Shown here: positions 1 through 10,753 of the stretch, piece by piece | Layout of the letters: every line of letters begins with the position of its first letter | How positions within the stretch are numbered: position 1 is the first letter of the stretch | Source: Dehalococcoidia bacterium | Lineage (GTDB): Bacteria > Chloroflexota > Dehalococcoidia > UBA6926 | Assembly (NCBI GenBank): GCA_965247995.1 | Contig: OZ252041.1 | Coordinates: 1,218,444 to 1,282,443 of the forward strand | Reading direction: 5' to 3' | Length of the DNA: 64,000 nt | The notes under the pieces: generated by a model | Told to the model about the DNA's origin: nothing | Seen by the model: only the letters and a program-made list of their open reading frames with translations | Databases searched by the model: none | Translations under genes and position numbers: made by a program

Positions 1-162
1 ACTTTGCGTGATCCCGAAGCCTGCGGCGGAGTTCTCACCGTTGGCAGTAACCAAGTCCAACCGTAGCTCGGTGCGCAATCCGGGTAGGAACTCGCTCACC
101 GCGCGGCGGCCCGGCCGACCGACCACATCACCGATCATCAAGATCCGCACGTGACCGGCCTC

Positions 163-1698
163 CTAGCGAGCGTATTCGACGGCGCGGGTCTCGCGAATAA
201 CCATCACCTTGATCTGCCCCGGGTATTCCAGGGACTCTTGGATCTTCTTGGTGATGTCCCTTGCCATCCGCATCGCCTCCACGTCGTCGACCTTCTCCGG
301 ACGGACCATGACGCGCATCTCGCGACCGGCCTGAATGGCATAAGCTTTCTCGACGCCTTCGTATCCGAGCGCGATCTGTTCCAGCGTCTCCAGCCGTTTG
401 ATATAGGCCTCCGCGTTCTCGCGCCGGGCACCCGGGCGTGCTCCTGAGATGGCGTCGGCAGCGGCGACGACAAAGGCATCGACACTGCGCCACCCCTCTT
501 CGCCATGATGGTCTGCGACGGCCCGAACGACGCGGTCGTTGATGTTGTATCGCTCTAGGAGCTCGCCGCCGATGATTGCGTGCGGGCCCTCGACCTCATG
601 CGTCAGCGCTTTCCCGATGTCGTGCAGGAAGCCTGCCCGGCGTGCGGTGTCTTGGTTGATGCGGAGTTCACCTGCGATCGCACCAGCAAGGTGACCCACC
701 TCGATGCTGTGCTGCAGGACGTTTTGCCCGTAGCTGTGCCGGAACTTCAGGCGGCCGATGGTCTTGACGAGGTCAGGGTGGAGACCCTGGACGCGGACCT
801 CATAACAGGCCTCTTCGCCTGCCTTTTGCATGATCTCGTCGATCTCCTCCTGAGCTTTCGCCACCACCTCCTCTACTCGAGCTGGCTGGATGCGGCCGTC
901 ATGGATTAGACGCGAAACGGCCATTCTGGCGATCTCACGGCGGACGGGATCGAACGCTGAGATGGTGACGACTTCCGGTGTGTCATCGACGATGAGGTTG
1001 ACGCCAGTCGCGTTCTCGAGCGCGCGAATATTCCGGCCCTCCCGGCCGATGAGGCGGCCCTTCATCTCGTCCGATGGGAGCGGAACGACGGCGGTGGTCA
1101 GTTCTGAAACGACGTCGTTCGCGTAGCGCTGCATGGCCGTTGCCATGATTTTGTAGGCCCGCTCCGTGGACTCCGCCTGGATCGCCTCGTCGCTTTCTCG
1201 TACACGCCGCGAGGCTTCGATGCGGATTTCTTCATCGACCTGTTCGAGGAGCTTGTCCTTCGCCTCGGAGACGGTCATCTGCGAGACACGCTCGAGGGCG
1301 CGAAGCTGCTCCTCCCGGGTCTCTTGGAGTTCGCTGCGAATACCCTCGAGCTCCTCCCGTTGCGTGTTCAGATGCTTGTCGCGCTCGTCGAATTCCTCCG
1401 AGCGCTTGTCGAGCTGTTCTTCCTTGCGGGCGACTCGGCGTTCTTGTTGCTGAATCTCGCGTCGGCGCTCGCGCGCGTCGGCCTCGGATTCGTCACGGAT
1501 CTCGATGCCCTCTTGCTGGGACCGGAGGATGATCTCTCTTGCCTCGGTCGCGGACTCTTCGAGACGCCGGCTGGCGGCCGACTCGGCGTTGCGGAGTTGA
1601 GTAATGGCGACACCGAAACGGAGGGTGAGACCGGCTGCGACGCCAATCGCGCCGATTCCGACCAACACGGCGAACAACGCGGCTCCTGCTAATTCCAT
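163..1698 (-). CDS. rny: Ribonuclease Y (N-terminal TM helix, coiled-coil, KH domain, HD domain)
   Basis: 511-aa ORF; KH motif [11 protein letters not shown] and HD motif HDIGK..HH; SD GAGGTGA upstream of ATG. Confidence 0.9.
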   Translation of the reverse strand: MELAGAALFAVLVGIGAIGVAAGLTLRFGVAITQLRNAESAASRRLEESATEAREIILRSQQEGIEIRDESEADARERRREIQQQERRVARKEEQLDKRSEEFDERDKHLNTQREELEGIRSELQETREEQLRALERVSQMTVSEAKDKLLEQVDEEIRIEASRRVRESDEAIQAESTERAYKIMATAMQRYANDVVSELTTAVVPLPSDEMKGRLIGREGRNIRALENATGVNLIVDDTPEVVTISAFDPVRREIARMAVSRLIHDGRIQPARVEEVVAKAQEEIDEIMQKAGEEACYEVRVQGLHPDLVKTIGRLKFRHSYGQNVLQHSIEVGHLAGAIAGELRINQDTARRAGFLHDIGKALTHEVEGPHAIIGGELLERYNINDRVVRAVADHHGEEGWRSVDAFVVAAADAISGARPGARRENAEAYIKRLETLEQIALGYEGVEKAYAIQAGREMRVMVRPEKVDDVEAMRMARDITKKIQESLEYPGQIKVMVIRETRAVEYAR

Positions 1699-1876
1699 GG
1701 AAACGTCACCTCAGGTACGGATGTGATGGGCCGTGAGCGACGAGCGCGCCGCGGCGGGGGGATTGGGTTGGTTGATACGGCGGCGGCAAGACGGGGCATC
1801 GGCCAAAAAAAGGCGAGGGGGCTGTGAGCAACCCTCACAGCCCCCTCGGGCCCAGCTCTGTACTGTCTTTCTCTGG

Positions 1877-2932
1877 TCAGATTTCGGGACCCTCGTCATC
1901 TTCGCCCGGAATAGCGACGGTCGTGGGTGGGAGGCCATCGGGAGCGGCGCTGAGCGCTTCTCTGATGTCGCGCTCGAGCGCCTCCGAGAGGTCCCCATTC
2001 TCGTCCAGGAACGTCTTGGCATTCTCGCGTCCCTGGCCAATGCGAACGTCGCCGTATGTGAAGAACGCGCCGGACTTTTTGAGGGCGCCGGTCTGAACGC
2101 CTAGGTCAAGGAGGTCTGCCTCGCGACTGATGCCCTTATTGAACATGATGTCGAACTCGGCGATACGGAAGGGCGGTGCGACCTTGTTCTTCACAACGCG
2201 GGCGCGGAGGTGGAGGCCGATGCTCTCCGTCCCCCGCTTGATGGTTTCCAGGCGGCGCAGGTCGATGCGCACAGAGCTGTAGAACTTCAACGCGCGTCCG
2301 CCGGGGGTGACCTCCGGGTTGCCGAAGAGGACACCGACCTTCTCGCGGAGCTGGTTGATGAAGATCACAGCTGTTTTCGAGCGGTGCGTCGTTCCCGTGA
2401 GTTTTCGCAACGCCTGGGACATGAGGCGGGCCTGGAGACCAATATGCGAGTCTCCCATGCGGCCCTCGATCTCGGCTCTGGGTACCAAAGCGGCAACGCT
2501 GTCGATCACAATGGCGTCGACGGCTGCGCTGTTGACGAGTGCTTCGGTGATGTCGAGTCCCTGCTCACCATCGTCTGGTTGTGAGATGAGAAGGTCGTCG
2601 ATGTTTACGCCACAGGCTGCTGCGTAGATCGGGTCGAGCGCGTGCTCGGCGTCGATGTATGCGGCGGTCCCGCCCGCTTTTTGCGCTTCCGCAATGATGT
2701 GTTGGGCGAGCGTGGACTTTCCCGAGGATTCTGCACCGTAGATCTCGGCGATGCGTCCGCGAGGGACGCCACCGATACCAAGGGCAATGTCCAGCGAGAG
2801 GGAGCCTGTTGGAATGGCATCCACCGTGAAACGCGATCCGGCTTCGCCGAACCGCATGATGGAGCCCTTCCCGAAGCTCCGCTCGATCAGATTCAGGGCT
2901 TGATCGAGGGCTTTGTCTTTTTCGGTAACCAT
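1877..2932 (-). CDS. recA: Recombinase RecA
   Basis: Walker [10 protein letters not shown], typical RecA core [11 protein letters not shown]; start chosen at MVTEKDKAL (alternative ATG at 3022). Confidence 0.9.
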   Translation of the reverse strand: MVTEKDKALDQALNLIERSFGKGSIMRFGEAGSRFTVDAIPTGSLSLDIALGIGGVPRGRIAEIYGAESSGKSTLAQHIIAEAQKAGGTAAYIDAEHALDPIYAAACGVNIDDLLISQPDDGEQGLDITEALVNSAAVDAIVIDSVAALVPRAEIEGRMGDSHIGLQARLMSQALRKLTGTTHRSKTAVIFINQLREKVGVLFGNPEVTPGGRALKFYSSVRIDLRRLETIKRGTESIGLHLRARVVKNKVAPPFRIAEFDIMFNKGISREADLLDLGVQTGALKKSGAFFTYGDVRIGQGRENAKTFLDENGDLSEALERDIREALSAAPDGLPPTTVAIPGEDDEGPEI

Positions 2933-3061
2933 GACCGGACCCTCAGTGGACGCCTTGGTCTTGTCTGATGCGGCGTCGAGTCTGGGGGCCGCCTCGTGCT
3001 TGGGATAGGATACCACGGCCATTGGATGCATCCTTTCACTTCCGAACGTTTGTGCTGATAT

Positions 3062-3077
3062 GCGAATGGATGTTCGC
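3062..3077. promoter_or_regulatory. Cheo-type LexA box-like palindrome GCGAATGGATGTTCGC upstream of recA
   Basis: Matches CGAAC-N4-GTTCG consensus with one mismatch, located between recA start and divergent ORF. Confidence 0.4.
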
Positions 3078-3135
3078 ATTCCCAAACGTCGTGTGTCAAG
3101 CCAGCGGTCGACGGGACGACTAGGGAGAAGACCAC

Positions 3136-3462
3136 ATGTCGGAGATGCCGGCGCTGACTGAATGGATCGAAGCAGCCCGGGAAACGGTGCCCGTTTTCGG
3201 CCGAGATCGTGAGTTAATGCAGCTACTGATGGAGCGGTTTCGGAACAAATACCTTCGGGCGGCGATGGCGGCGCGGAACGAGGCAGCGGAAGAACGGGCT
3301 TGGGATGGATTCTTCTACTGGCTTGTGGCTGGAGCAACCGCCCGAAAGCCGTTCTCGGCCACTGATGCGCAGGCGGACGCCTTGATCATCCGGTTCCGTG
3401 CATTGGCGGAACGGGTCAAGGACGTGTCGAGAGGGACGGTCGACCGACCCCCGGGCGAGTAG
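3136..3462 (+). CDS. Hypothetical protein (108 aa), divergent from recA
   Basis: ORF with purine-rich SD GGGAGAAG before ATG; no recognisable domain. Confidence 0.4.
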   Translation: MSEMPALTEWIEAARETVPVFGRDRELMQLLMERFRNKYLRAAMAARNEAAEERAWDGFFYWLVAGATARKPFSATDAQADALIIRFRALAERVKDVSRGTVDRPPGE

Positions 3463-3469
3463 GCGGCGT

Positions 3470-4807
3470 CTAGCGCAGAGGGAACGACGGCATCCGTGGG
3501 GCCCGCCCGCCACCGGCCATGCGTTTCATCATCTTCCGCATCTGGTCGAACTGATTGAGCAGCCGGTTGACGTCCGCGGGAGTCGTACCGCTGCCGCGCG
3601 CGATACGCCGGCGCCTGCTTCCCCCGATGATCTCCGGGCGGCGACGCTCGTCCGGTGTCATCGAAAGGACTATGGCCTCGACGCTCTTCATCGCGTCCTC
3701 ATCGAGCGCGCCCGCCGGTAGATTCTTCTGCACCGACGAAAAGCCTGGAATCATCTCCAACAGGTTGGAGAGCGGCCCCATGTTCCGCAATTGCTCCAAT
3801 TGCTCCAGGAAGTCTTCCAGGGTGAAGGACGCGTTGCGGAGCTTGCGCTCCATCTCCTTTGCCTTGCCCTCGTCGACGGTCCTCTGAGCCTTCTCGACGA
3901 GGCTGACGATATCGCCCATTCCCAAGATCCGTCCGGCGAGGCGGTCGGGGTAGAAGGCCTCCAGGCCGTCCAGTCGTTCGCCCGTGCCGATGAAGTACAC
4001 GGGGAGGCCGGTAACGGACACGATGGACAGCGCGGCGCCACCGCGCGCGTCACCGTCCATCTTGGTCAGGATCAAGCCGGTGAGTGCTACTTGCCGGTGG
4101 AACTCCTGCGCAACGTTCACGGCTTCCTGGCCGGTCATGGCATCGACGACGAGTACGACCTCGGCAGCGTCTATCGCCGTCCGGAGGCCCGCGAGCTCGC
4201 GCATCAACTCATCGTCGATCTGAAGGCGGCCGCCGGTGTCGACAATGAGGTAGTCGGCGTGCTGGTCCTTCGCGGTGCGACGCGCGTTCCGGACGAGGGT
4301 CCGGGCGTCGGTCGCTCCCGGTTCTTGATAGACCGGGACCCCCACTTGCGACCCGAGCGTCGCCAACTGTTGGACGGCAGCCGGCCTGCGCAGGTCCGCG
4401 GCCGCCAGCGTGACAGTCTGACCCTGGCCCTTTAGGTGTGCGGCCAGCTTGGCGGCGGTGGTCGTCTTGCCGGACCCCTGTAGGCCGACCAACACGATGG
4501 GAACCGGAGGCTCTCGGCCGCGCGCGGCGAGGTCATGCTTCTCGGCCCCGAGGAGCTGGGTCAACTCTTCATGGACGATTTTGACGATCTGCTGGGCCGG
4601 CGTGACGCTCTGGAGGACCTCGGTGCCGACGGCACGCTCTCGGATTCGTGATTGGAGATCGCGGACGACTTGGAGGTTGACGTCGGCTTCCAGCAGCGCG
4701 CGGCGTATCTCTCGCAGCGCGTCGTCGACGTCGGACTCGACAATGCGACCCTTGCCGGAGAGTCGGCTGAAGACGCCGTTGAGACGGTCGGTTAAGGCTT
4801 CGAACAC
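3470..4807 (-). CDS. ffh: Signal recognition particle protein Ffh
   Basis: GTPase motifs GLQGSGKTTT, DTGGR, TKMD; M-domain with Met-rich C-terminus. Confidence 0.9.
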   Translation of the reverse strand: MFEALTDRLNGVFSRLSGKGRIVESDVDDALREIRRALLEADVNLQVVRDLQSRIRERAVGTEVLQSVTPAQQIVKIVHEELTQLLGAEKHDLAARGREPPVPIVLVGLQGSGKTTTAAKLAAHLKGQGQTVTLAAADLRRPAAVQQLATLGSQVGVPVYQEPGATDARTLVRNARRTAKDQHADYLIVDTGGRLQIDDELMRELAGLRTAIDAAEVVLVVDAMTGQEAVNVAQEFHRQVALTGLILTKMDGDARGGAALSIVSVTGLPVYFIGTGERLDGLEAFYPDRLAGRILGMGDIVSLVEKAQRTVDEGKAKEMERKLRNASFTLEDFLEQLEQLRNMGPLSNLLEMIPGFSSVQKNLPAGALDEDAMKSVEAIVLSMTPDERRRPEIIGGSRRRRIARGSGTTPADVNRLLNQFDQMRKMMKRMAGGGRAPRMPSFPLR

Positions 4808-4816
4808 GTGCGTGTG

Positions 4817-5914
4817 CTAGTCAAGATCGATTGCAACACGTCGCCCCGTTTCGGAGGATTCGACGACTGCGTCCAAGACTTGTTGGATACGGTAGCCATC
4901 CTCGAAGTTGGGTGTCGGTGATGTGCCGTTACGGATGCCGTGAACGAAATCCCGGACCATGAGCCGGAATGGGAGAAGACGATGATCGCGCTCGTCGTCG
5001 AACGGGACGAGGTCCGCTGGCATTGGCAGCTCAGTACGGGTTTCGTCGCCGAACTTGGCGCCATACACTTTGCCGTCAGGTGGCGGGTTGAAACCCGGAA
5101 GTGGTTGGGGGGTGGACAGGGAACCCTCGCTCCCGAAGACTTCTATCTGGGCACCCTGCCCGAAGGGCGCTGCACTGGTTCCGCTGAACATGCCCCAACC
5201 ACCGTTCTCGAACTCCATCAAGACGGCGAAGGTGTCGTCCGTTTGAGTGGCAACCGGGGCGCCCGAGGCGTCCGCGCGCTCAGGAAACTCGGCTCGCATG
5301 ATCGACTGGACCGCGACGATCTCGCCGAACCAGTGACGGAACGCGTCGAGATAGTGGGAACCGAGGCCCCAGAGGAAACCGCCACGGCGGCCGAGGTCTG
5401 GGTCGGGCGCTGGACGGAGCGTCGACGGCTGTCGTCGGGGACCGACCTCGAGGCTTCCGCGAACGAACCTGAAATCACCGATGTACCGCTGGTCGAGGAG
5501 ACGTCGAACGTAGGACCGTTGGGGAGCCCAGCGGAACTCGTGGGCGATCATCGCTGTGGCGGAACTGGCACGGGCTGCTTCACGCATGGCGCGAGCTTCC
5601 GCGGCGTTCACTGCGGTTGGTTTCTCACACAGAACGTGCTTCCCGGCTTCCAGGGCGGCGACGGCCATTTCCGAATGCAGAGCGTGCGGAGAAGCGATGC
5701 TCACAACATCCACTTCCGGGGCTGACACGAGTTCACGCCAATCGCCAGTGGCGTTCGGGACACCAAACTGCGCTGCAGTCTCGCGGGCACGCGCTTCGCG
5801 GCGAGCCGCGACGGCGACCACTTCAAGGCCTTCCGATTGGAATCCAGGTACGTGGACGGTGGTGCCGAAGCCGACACCAATAACCCCCACGCGTAGATTC
5901 GGCCCTGCGGTCAT
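4817..5914 (-). CDS. Gfo/Idh/MocA family NAD(P)-dependent oxidoreductase
   Basis: N-terminal Rossmann VGVIGVGFG, EKP motif; start at MTAGPN preceded by AAGAAGGG. Confidence 0.8.
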   Translation of the reverse strand: MTAGPNLRVGVIGVGFGTTVHVPGFQSEGLEVVAVAARREARARETAAQFGVPNATGDWRELVSAPEVDVVSIASPHALHSEMAVAALEAGKHVLCEKPTAVNAAEARAMREAARASSATAMIAHEFRWAPQRSYVRRLLDQRYIGDFRFVRGSLEVGPRRQPSTLRPAPDPDLGRRGGFLWGLGSHYLDAFRHWFGEIVAVQSIMRAEFPERADASGAPVATQTDDTFAVLMEFENGGWGMFSGTSAAPFGQGAQIEVFGSEGSLSTPQPLPGFNPPPDGKVYGAKFGDETRTELPMPADLVPFDDERDHRLLPFRLMVRDFVHGIRNGTSPTPNFEDGYRIQQVLDAVVESSETGRRVAIDLD

Positions 5915-6028
5915 TGACCCTTCTTGCGACACCATCCTGCCAGCGAGTATACGAGCGCAGCGGTCGCGGACGACTAGAATCGGGGTGATGCCGAAGCACA
6001 GTCATTATTCGGATCAGGGAGCAGGCGA

Positions 6029-8623
6029 ATGTTGCCACTCCGGCTGACGCTGGAGAACTTCCTCCCCTATCGGGGCCGTCAGGCGCCGCTGGACTTCACG
6101 GGGCTGGGAATTGCCTGTCTCGCCGGAGAGAACGGCGCAGGAAAGTCCTCGATCCTCGATGGGATTACCTGGTGCCTGTGGGGCCGCTCACGGGCAGGGG
6201 CCTCGGCTGATCCGCTGGTATCCGCTGGCGAATCGGAGATGGCGGTGGAACTCGAATTCACCGCTGGTGAAGGCCGGTACCGCGTGATCCGCCGTCATCG
6301 GCGCCCTCGCGGAAGGACAAGCTCCGGGCTCTCGGCGCTCGAGTTGCAGGCGTGGGACGGGGAACAGTACCGGGCCCAGACGAGCACACGCTCGCGGGAG
6401 ACGCAGGAGCAGATCATTGCTCTCCTCCGGCTCGACTACGACACCTTCGTGAACACTGCGTTTCTGGTGCAGGGACGGGCCGATCTGTTCACAACAATGC
6501 GGCCCGCGGACCGAAAACGGCTGCTCGGAGAGGTGTTAGGACTGTCCCACTACGAAGACCTCGCGGACCGGGCTCGGGTACAAGCTCGGGAGCGCGAGTC
6601 GGCACGTCGCGCGCACCAGGTAGTCGCGGCGAGCTTCGAGGACACGTTAGAGCGCGAACCCCAAGTGCGGCAAGACCTTGAGACAACGACCCATGAACTG
6701 GAAGCCAACCAAGAACGATTGGGCGCGGTGACTGATGAGGCACGGACGCTGCAGGGCAGCGTTGCGATGCGACGGGCGACCCAGAGCGAGTTGGAACGTC
6801 TGTCGGTGGACACCGCGAGGCTGGAGCGGGAATTCGACCGTCTTCAGGCTGAGATCGTTTCAGCGACGGCGCGCGCCGAGGCAGCTCAGGCAACCGTGGA
6901 ACGCGCGGGAGAGATCCAGGATGGCTACTCGTCGCTTCTGGCAGCGCGCGCGGCGCTGACCGACCATGGTGAACGGGCACGAGGTGTTACCGAACTGACA
7001 TCAACGAAACCAGCACTCGAAGCCGTGGTCGAGGCCGCACGGACCGGTCTGGAGCGCGACCTGGCCACGACTAACGCGCGGGCGAAAGAACTGGAAGTAC
7101 AAGCCAGCCGCAAGAGCGCTCTCCAGCAACGACTCACCGACGCGGAGAATCGCCGGCAACAACAGACGACAGCGCGATCCGAATTGACCGTCAGGTCCGA
7201 CGAACGCGAGGCACTTGGCCGGGAACTGGAATCGAAACGGGTTGTTGTCACTCGGCTGCAGGAAGAGTCGAAGCGTATCCAGGAGAGTCTGGCGATCGTC
7301 GAGTCGCCGAATCGCCCTGACGAGATTTGCCCGGTGTGCGGGACGGAATTAGGTACGCACGGGTTGGAGAGGGTGAAGGACCACTACGCGCAACGGAAGT
7401 CGGAGGTGGCCCGCGAGACCACCGAACTGACCGCAGAGGGTCGTCTGCTGCGGGAGCGGTATGACGAGCTCGGTAGATGGGTGCGAGAGCGGAACGTTCT
7501 CCTTCAACGCGAGTCCGCAGAGATCGAATCGGAGGCGGGGGCGATTCAGGCGGATATGCGGGCTGCGGATGTGGCAGAGGCGGAATTACCAAAGGTTCAG
7601 GAGGACGCAGTACGAATTCGAGGCCAGCTGGAGCGGGGGCAGTACGCAGGGGAAGAGCGGTCTGCTCTCGAGGCGATCGAGCAGCAAATCATGGCCGTCG
7701 ACTATGACTCCGAGGCACACGCAGTAGCACACTCATGGGCTGTGGGACTGGAACGGTGGGACGCGGAACACCGGGCGCTCGACGACGCCCGCTCGACGCT
7801 AGCGAGCCAGACTTCGCGAGTAACAGATTTGAACGCTCGGCGCGACGAGACCGAAGCCAGGATTGCGGACCTGATGGCGCGGGCCGCTCGCTTGACGGAG
7901 GAGGTCGATCAGAGCGCGGGGATGCCGGACCGGTTGGCGAATCTGGAGGCTACCGCCGGCCAGCTCAGCCAGTTGGTCTCGGAATTGGAGCGGAGAAAAG
8001 GAGCGCTGGAGCGCGACACGACGCACATTGCCCAACAACGGGCGAGTCTAATGGCGGCACGTGAGGACGAGCGCCGGTCTTCGATCGAGAAAGGGATCTA
8101 TGACGAACTAACGGTGGCGTTCGGGGTCCGTGGAATCCAGGCTCTCCTTGTCGAGACGGCGATCCCGGAGATCGAGGAAGAAGCGAACCGGCTCCTTTCT
8201 GCGATGACCGATAACCGCATGCACCTCCGATTGGATACACAGCGAGAGACGCAGGGCGGGGCCCAACGAGAGACGTTGGAGGTGATGATCAGCGACGAGT
8301 GGGGGACCCGACCGTACGAGATGTTCAGCGGGGGCGAGGCATTCCGCATCAACTTCGCGCTCCGGGTGTCGTTGTCGCAGGTGCTTGCGCGGCGGTCCGG
8401 TGCAGAGGTGCCGCTGCTGTTCATCGACGAGGGGTTCGGGACGCAGGACACCGTTGGGCGCCAACGGTTGGTCGAGGCGGTTTCGACACTGTGGCGCGAG
8501 CCAGCATTTCAGGGCGGGTTGATCCTCGTCATCACGCACATTGACGAGATCAAGAACCAGTTCGACTCGAGGATCGAGGTCACAAAGACGGAATCAGGGT
8601 CTCGTTTCGAGGTCGTGGCGTAA
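6029..8623 (+). CDS. sbcC: SbcC/Rad50-like SMC ATPase (exonuclease SbcC family), no adjacent SbcD
   Basis: N-terminal Walker A GENGAGKSS, long coiled coil with CPVCG zinc hook, C-terminal signature FSGGEAFRINFA and D-loop LLFIDEGFG. Confidence 0.8.
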   Translation: MLPLRLTLENFLPYRGRQAPLDFTGLGIACLAGENGAGKSSILDGITWCLWGRSRAGASADPLVSAGESEMAVELEFTAGEGRYRVIRRHRRPRGRTSSGLSALELQAWDGEQYRAQTSTRSRETQEQIIALLRLDYDTFVNTAFLVQGRADLFTTMRPADRKRLLGEVLGLSHYEDLADRARVQARERESARRAHQVVAASFEDTLEREPQVRQDLETTTHELEANQERLGAVTDEARTLQGSVAMRRATQSELERLSVDTARLEREFDRLQAEIVSATARAEAAQATVERAGEIQDGYSSLLAARAALTDHGERARGVTELTSTKPALEAVVEAARTGLERDLATTNARAKELEVQASRKSALQQRLTDAENRRQQQTTARSELTVRSDEREALGRELESKRVVVTRLQEESKRIQESLAIVESPNRPDEICPVCGTELGTHGLERVKDHYAQRKSEVARETTELTAEGRLLRERYDELGRWVRERNVLLQRESAEIESEAGAIQADMRAADVAEAELPKVQEDAVRIRGQLERGQYAGEERSALEAIEQQIMAVDYDSEAHAVAHSWAVGLERWDAEHRALDDARSTLASQTSRVTDLNARRDETEARIADLMARAARLTEEVDQSAGMPDRLANLEATAGQLSQLVSELERRKGALERDTTHIAQQRASLMAAREDERRSSIEKGIYDELTVAFGVRGIQALLVETAIPEIEEEANRLLSAMTDNRMHLRLDTQRETQGGAQRETLEVMISDEWGTRPYEMFSGGEAFRINFALRVSLSQVLARRSGAEVPLLFIDEGFGTQDTVGRQRLVEAVSTLWREPAFQGGLILVITHIDEIKNQFDSRIEVTKTESGSRFEVVA

Positions 8624-8708
8624 CGCGATGCTCTGTGGCTCAGGTTTTGATTGCGCCTGATTCTGGCGCCGACGTACACTAGCTGACTGTAGGAAGGAGG
8701 TTGACGCG

Positions 8709-9263
8709 ATGATCGAAATGGACATCGACAGCATTCGCGTCAGCCTGATGAACTACCAACGCGTGGTGATTCTCAAAGAGAAGGCGTCGCAGCGTTACCT
8801 TCCGATCTGGATCGGGCCGGCAGAAGCGGAATCGATCGCGATCAAGCTCCAAGACGTCAATGTCCCGCGTCCGCTCACGCACGACTTGATCAACACGATC
8901 ATCGACGAGCTGGGTGCCAAGGTCTCGGCGATCATCGTCTCAGACCTGTCGAACGACACCTTCTTCGCGAAGATTGTGTTGGACCGGGACGGGACCCAGG
9001 TTGAGGTGGACAGCCGTCCGAGCGACGCGATCGCGGTCGCGGTCCGCACGAAAGTGCCGATCTTCGCGGACGAAGGCGTGTTAGAGCGGGCCGGCGTGTT
9101 GATCGACAAGGAGACCGGCCGGCCGATCACGGAAAACGACGGTGGGGAACCCGACCGCGAAGTCTCGGAGGAAGAGTTGAAGCGACTTTCGGCGTTCAAG
9201 GACTTCGTCGACGAACTGGACCTCGACCTCGGCGAAGGAGAGAGTGAAGCCCAGCGAGAGTAG
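8709..9263 (+). CDS. Bifunctional nuclease (BFN/DUF151) domain protein
   Basis: Family-like N-terminal region with conserved PRPLTHDL segment; strong SD GGAAGGAGG; acidic C-terminal tail. Confidence 0.65.
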   Translation: MIEMDIDSIRVSLMNYQRVVILKEKASQRYLPIWIGPAEAESIAIKLQDVNVPRPLTHDLINTIIDELGAKVSAIIVSDLSNDTFFAKIVLDRDGTQVEVDSRPSDAIAVAVRTKVPIFADEGVLERAGVLIDKETGRPITENDGGEPDREVSEEELKRLSAFKDFVDELDLDLGEGESEAQRE

Positions 9264-9321
9264 GCGGCTGGTCGTGCAATTGAGTTGGGGCGATCGGTCC
9301 GGCACACCAGATATGGATTCC

Positions 9322-9351
9322 TTGACTCTCAAATTTGGCGTGTGATAGATT
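9322..9351 (+). promoter_or_regulatory. Sigma-70-like promoter of atp operon (TTGACT-N18-TAGATT)
   Basis: Seen in sequence upstream of atpZ/I-like gene. Confidence 0.35.
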
Positions 9352-9367
9352 TCGCAAGCCATCCCGG

Positions 9368-9616
9368 ATGAAACATCAGCCAGGGAGCGACCTTTTCGCA
9401 ACTGCTGCGAGGCTGGCCGGAATGGGCTGGTTTGTAGCGGTAAGCATCGTGGGTGGCGCAGTAGGGGGTTTCTGGCTCGACGGGCGGACTGGTTTGGACC
9501 CGGCGTTCACGCTTACCGGTTTGGCGCTTGGACTTGTGGTGGCTTTATACGGGGTCTTCAAGATGGCGGCCCCGCTGCTCGCGGGCCCACCCCGTAAGCG
9601 GAAAGGACGAAGGTAG
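9368..9616 (+). CDS. AtpI/AtpZ-like small hydrophobic protein preceding atpB
   Basis: Two TM helices, basic C-terminus, position first in atp operon; start ATG 9368 (track ORF from 9335 begins inside promoter). Confidence 0.5.
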   Translation: MKHQPGSDLFATAARLAGMGWFVAVSIVGGAVGGFWLDGRTGLDPAFTLTGLALGLVVALYGVFKMAAPLLAGPPRKRKGRR

Positions 9617-9622
9617 GCGAGA

Positions 9623-10690
9623 TTGGGTCGTAAGGGGTTACTGACCACAGCGGCCATCCTCGGTCTCTCTGTCGTCGGATTTTTCTATTTCGGCGCGCCG
9701 CTTGAGATTCCCACGCTGAGGGTTACAGAATTCGCCTGCATCGGGGATTGTGAAAGCCCGCTGAGTCTGAGTGGGTTCCCGTTCCGTGCGACGGTCGTTC
9801 AACAGTGGTTGGGGATGCTGGTGTTGGTCGGCATCGCGTTCTTTGCGACACGCAAGATCAAGATCGTGCCTGGCCGGTTACAAGCCCTCGTCGAGATCAT
9901 CATCGAGCTGCTGTTGGGGCTGTGCGAGCGAGCGGCCGGGGCGGTCAACGGCCGACGGTTCTTCCCAGTAGTCGCGACTATCTTCCTGTTCATCCTGAGC
10001 GCGAATTGGCTTGGCCTGATACCCGGCGTTGGAACTGTCGGGATCGTGGAACCGGCATCGGAGGCCTTGAGCCATGCCCACGAGGGCGACGAGTTGGAGT
10101 TCTTCGTGTTCGATGGGGATGTCGAGCACGACGCGGTGGTTGTGCTGCCACTTGGAGAGACGGCGTTCTTCGTCGAAGACGAACGGAAGGTCCACGTGGC
10201 GGCAGGTGAAGCTCTGCCTGTTCCGGAGGAGCGAGCCGGGCATCTCATCCCGTTCTTGCGGCCAGCGAACACGGACGTGAACACGCCGCTGGCGATCGCG
10301 CTGTGGAGCTTCATCTTCGTTGAGTTCTGGGGCATCAGCACGCTCCGGCTTAGGTATTTCCTAAAGTTCTTCAACTTCGGACGGCTGCTGCGTGGGAACC
10401 TTATGGGCGTGATCGACGTCTTCGTCGGATTGTTGGAGCTCGTAAGCGAGCTCGTCCGAGTGGTCAGCTTCACATTTAGGCTGTTCGGCAACGTTTTTGC
10501 CGGCGAGATTTTGATCGTGATGGCAGCATTCTTTCTACCGCTCGTCATGGGCGTAGGGGTGTACGTCATGGAGTTGTTCTTCGGAATGATCCAGGCCTTC
10601 ATCTTTGCGATCCTGACGTTGATCTTTGGGGTGATGGCAGTGACAAGCCATAGTGACCACGACGAGTCGGCAGAGGCGGCGCATCACTAA
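9623..10690 (+). CDS. atpB: F0F1 ATP synthase subunit a, with ~100-aa internal insertion
   Basis: Conserved LRLFGNVFAGE and C-terminal helices; TTG start; 355 aa versus ~250 typical. Confidence 0.85.
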   Translation: MGRKGLLTTAAILGLSVVGFFYFGAPLEIPTLRVTEFACIGDCESPLSLSGFPFRATVVQQWLGMLVLVGIAFFATRKIKIVPGRLQALVEIIIELLLGLCERAAGAVNGRRFFPVVATIFLFILSANWLGLIPGVGTVGIVEPASEALSHAHEGDELEFFVFDGDVEHDAVVVLPLGETAFFVEDERKVHVAAGEALPVPEERAGHLIPFLRPANTDVNTPLAIALWSFIFVEFWGISTLRLRYFLKFFNFGRLLRGNLMGVIDVFVGLLELVSELVRVVSFTFRLFGNVFAGEILIVMAAFFLPLVMGVGVYVMELFFGMIQAFIFAILTLIFGVMAVTSHSDHDESAEAAHH

Positions 10691-10753
10691 TTGGCTTGGT
10701 TTAGGCCAACGGAAGTAATACAAAGCAGGAATGTGACGGGAGGGAGCGAGCGT

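Noticed and set aside
9335-9367. TTG-initiated N-terminal extension of the atpZ/I-like ORF
   Set aside because: It would start inside the predicted -10 region. ATG at 9368 is preferred.
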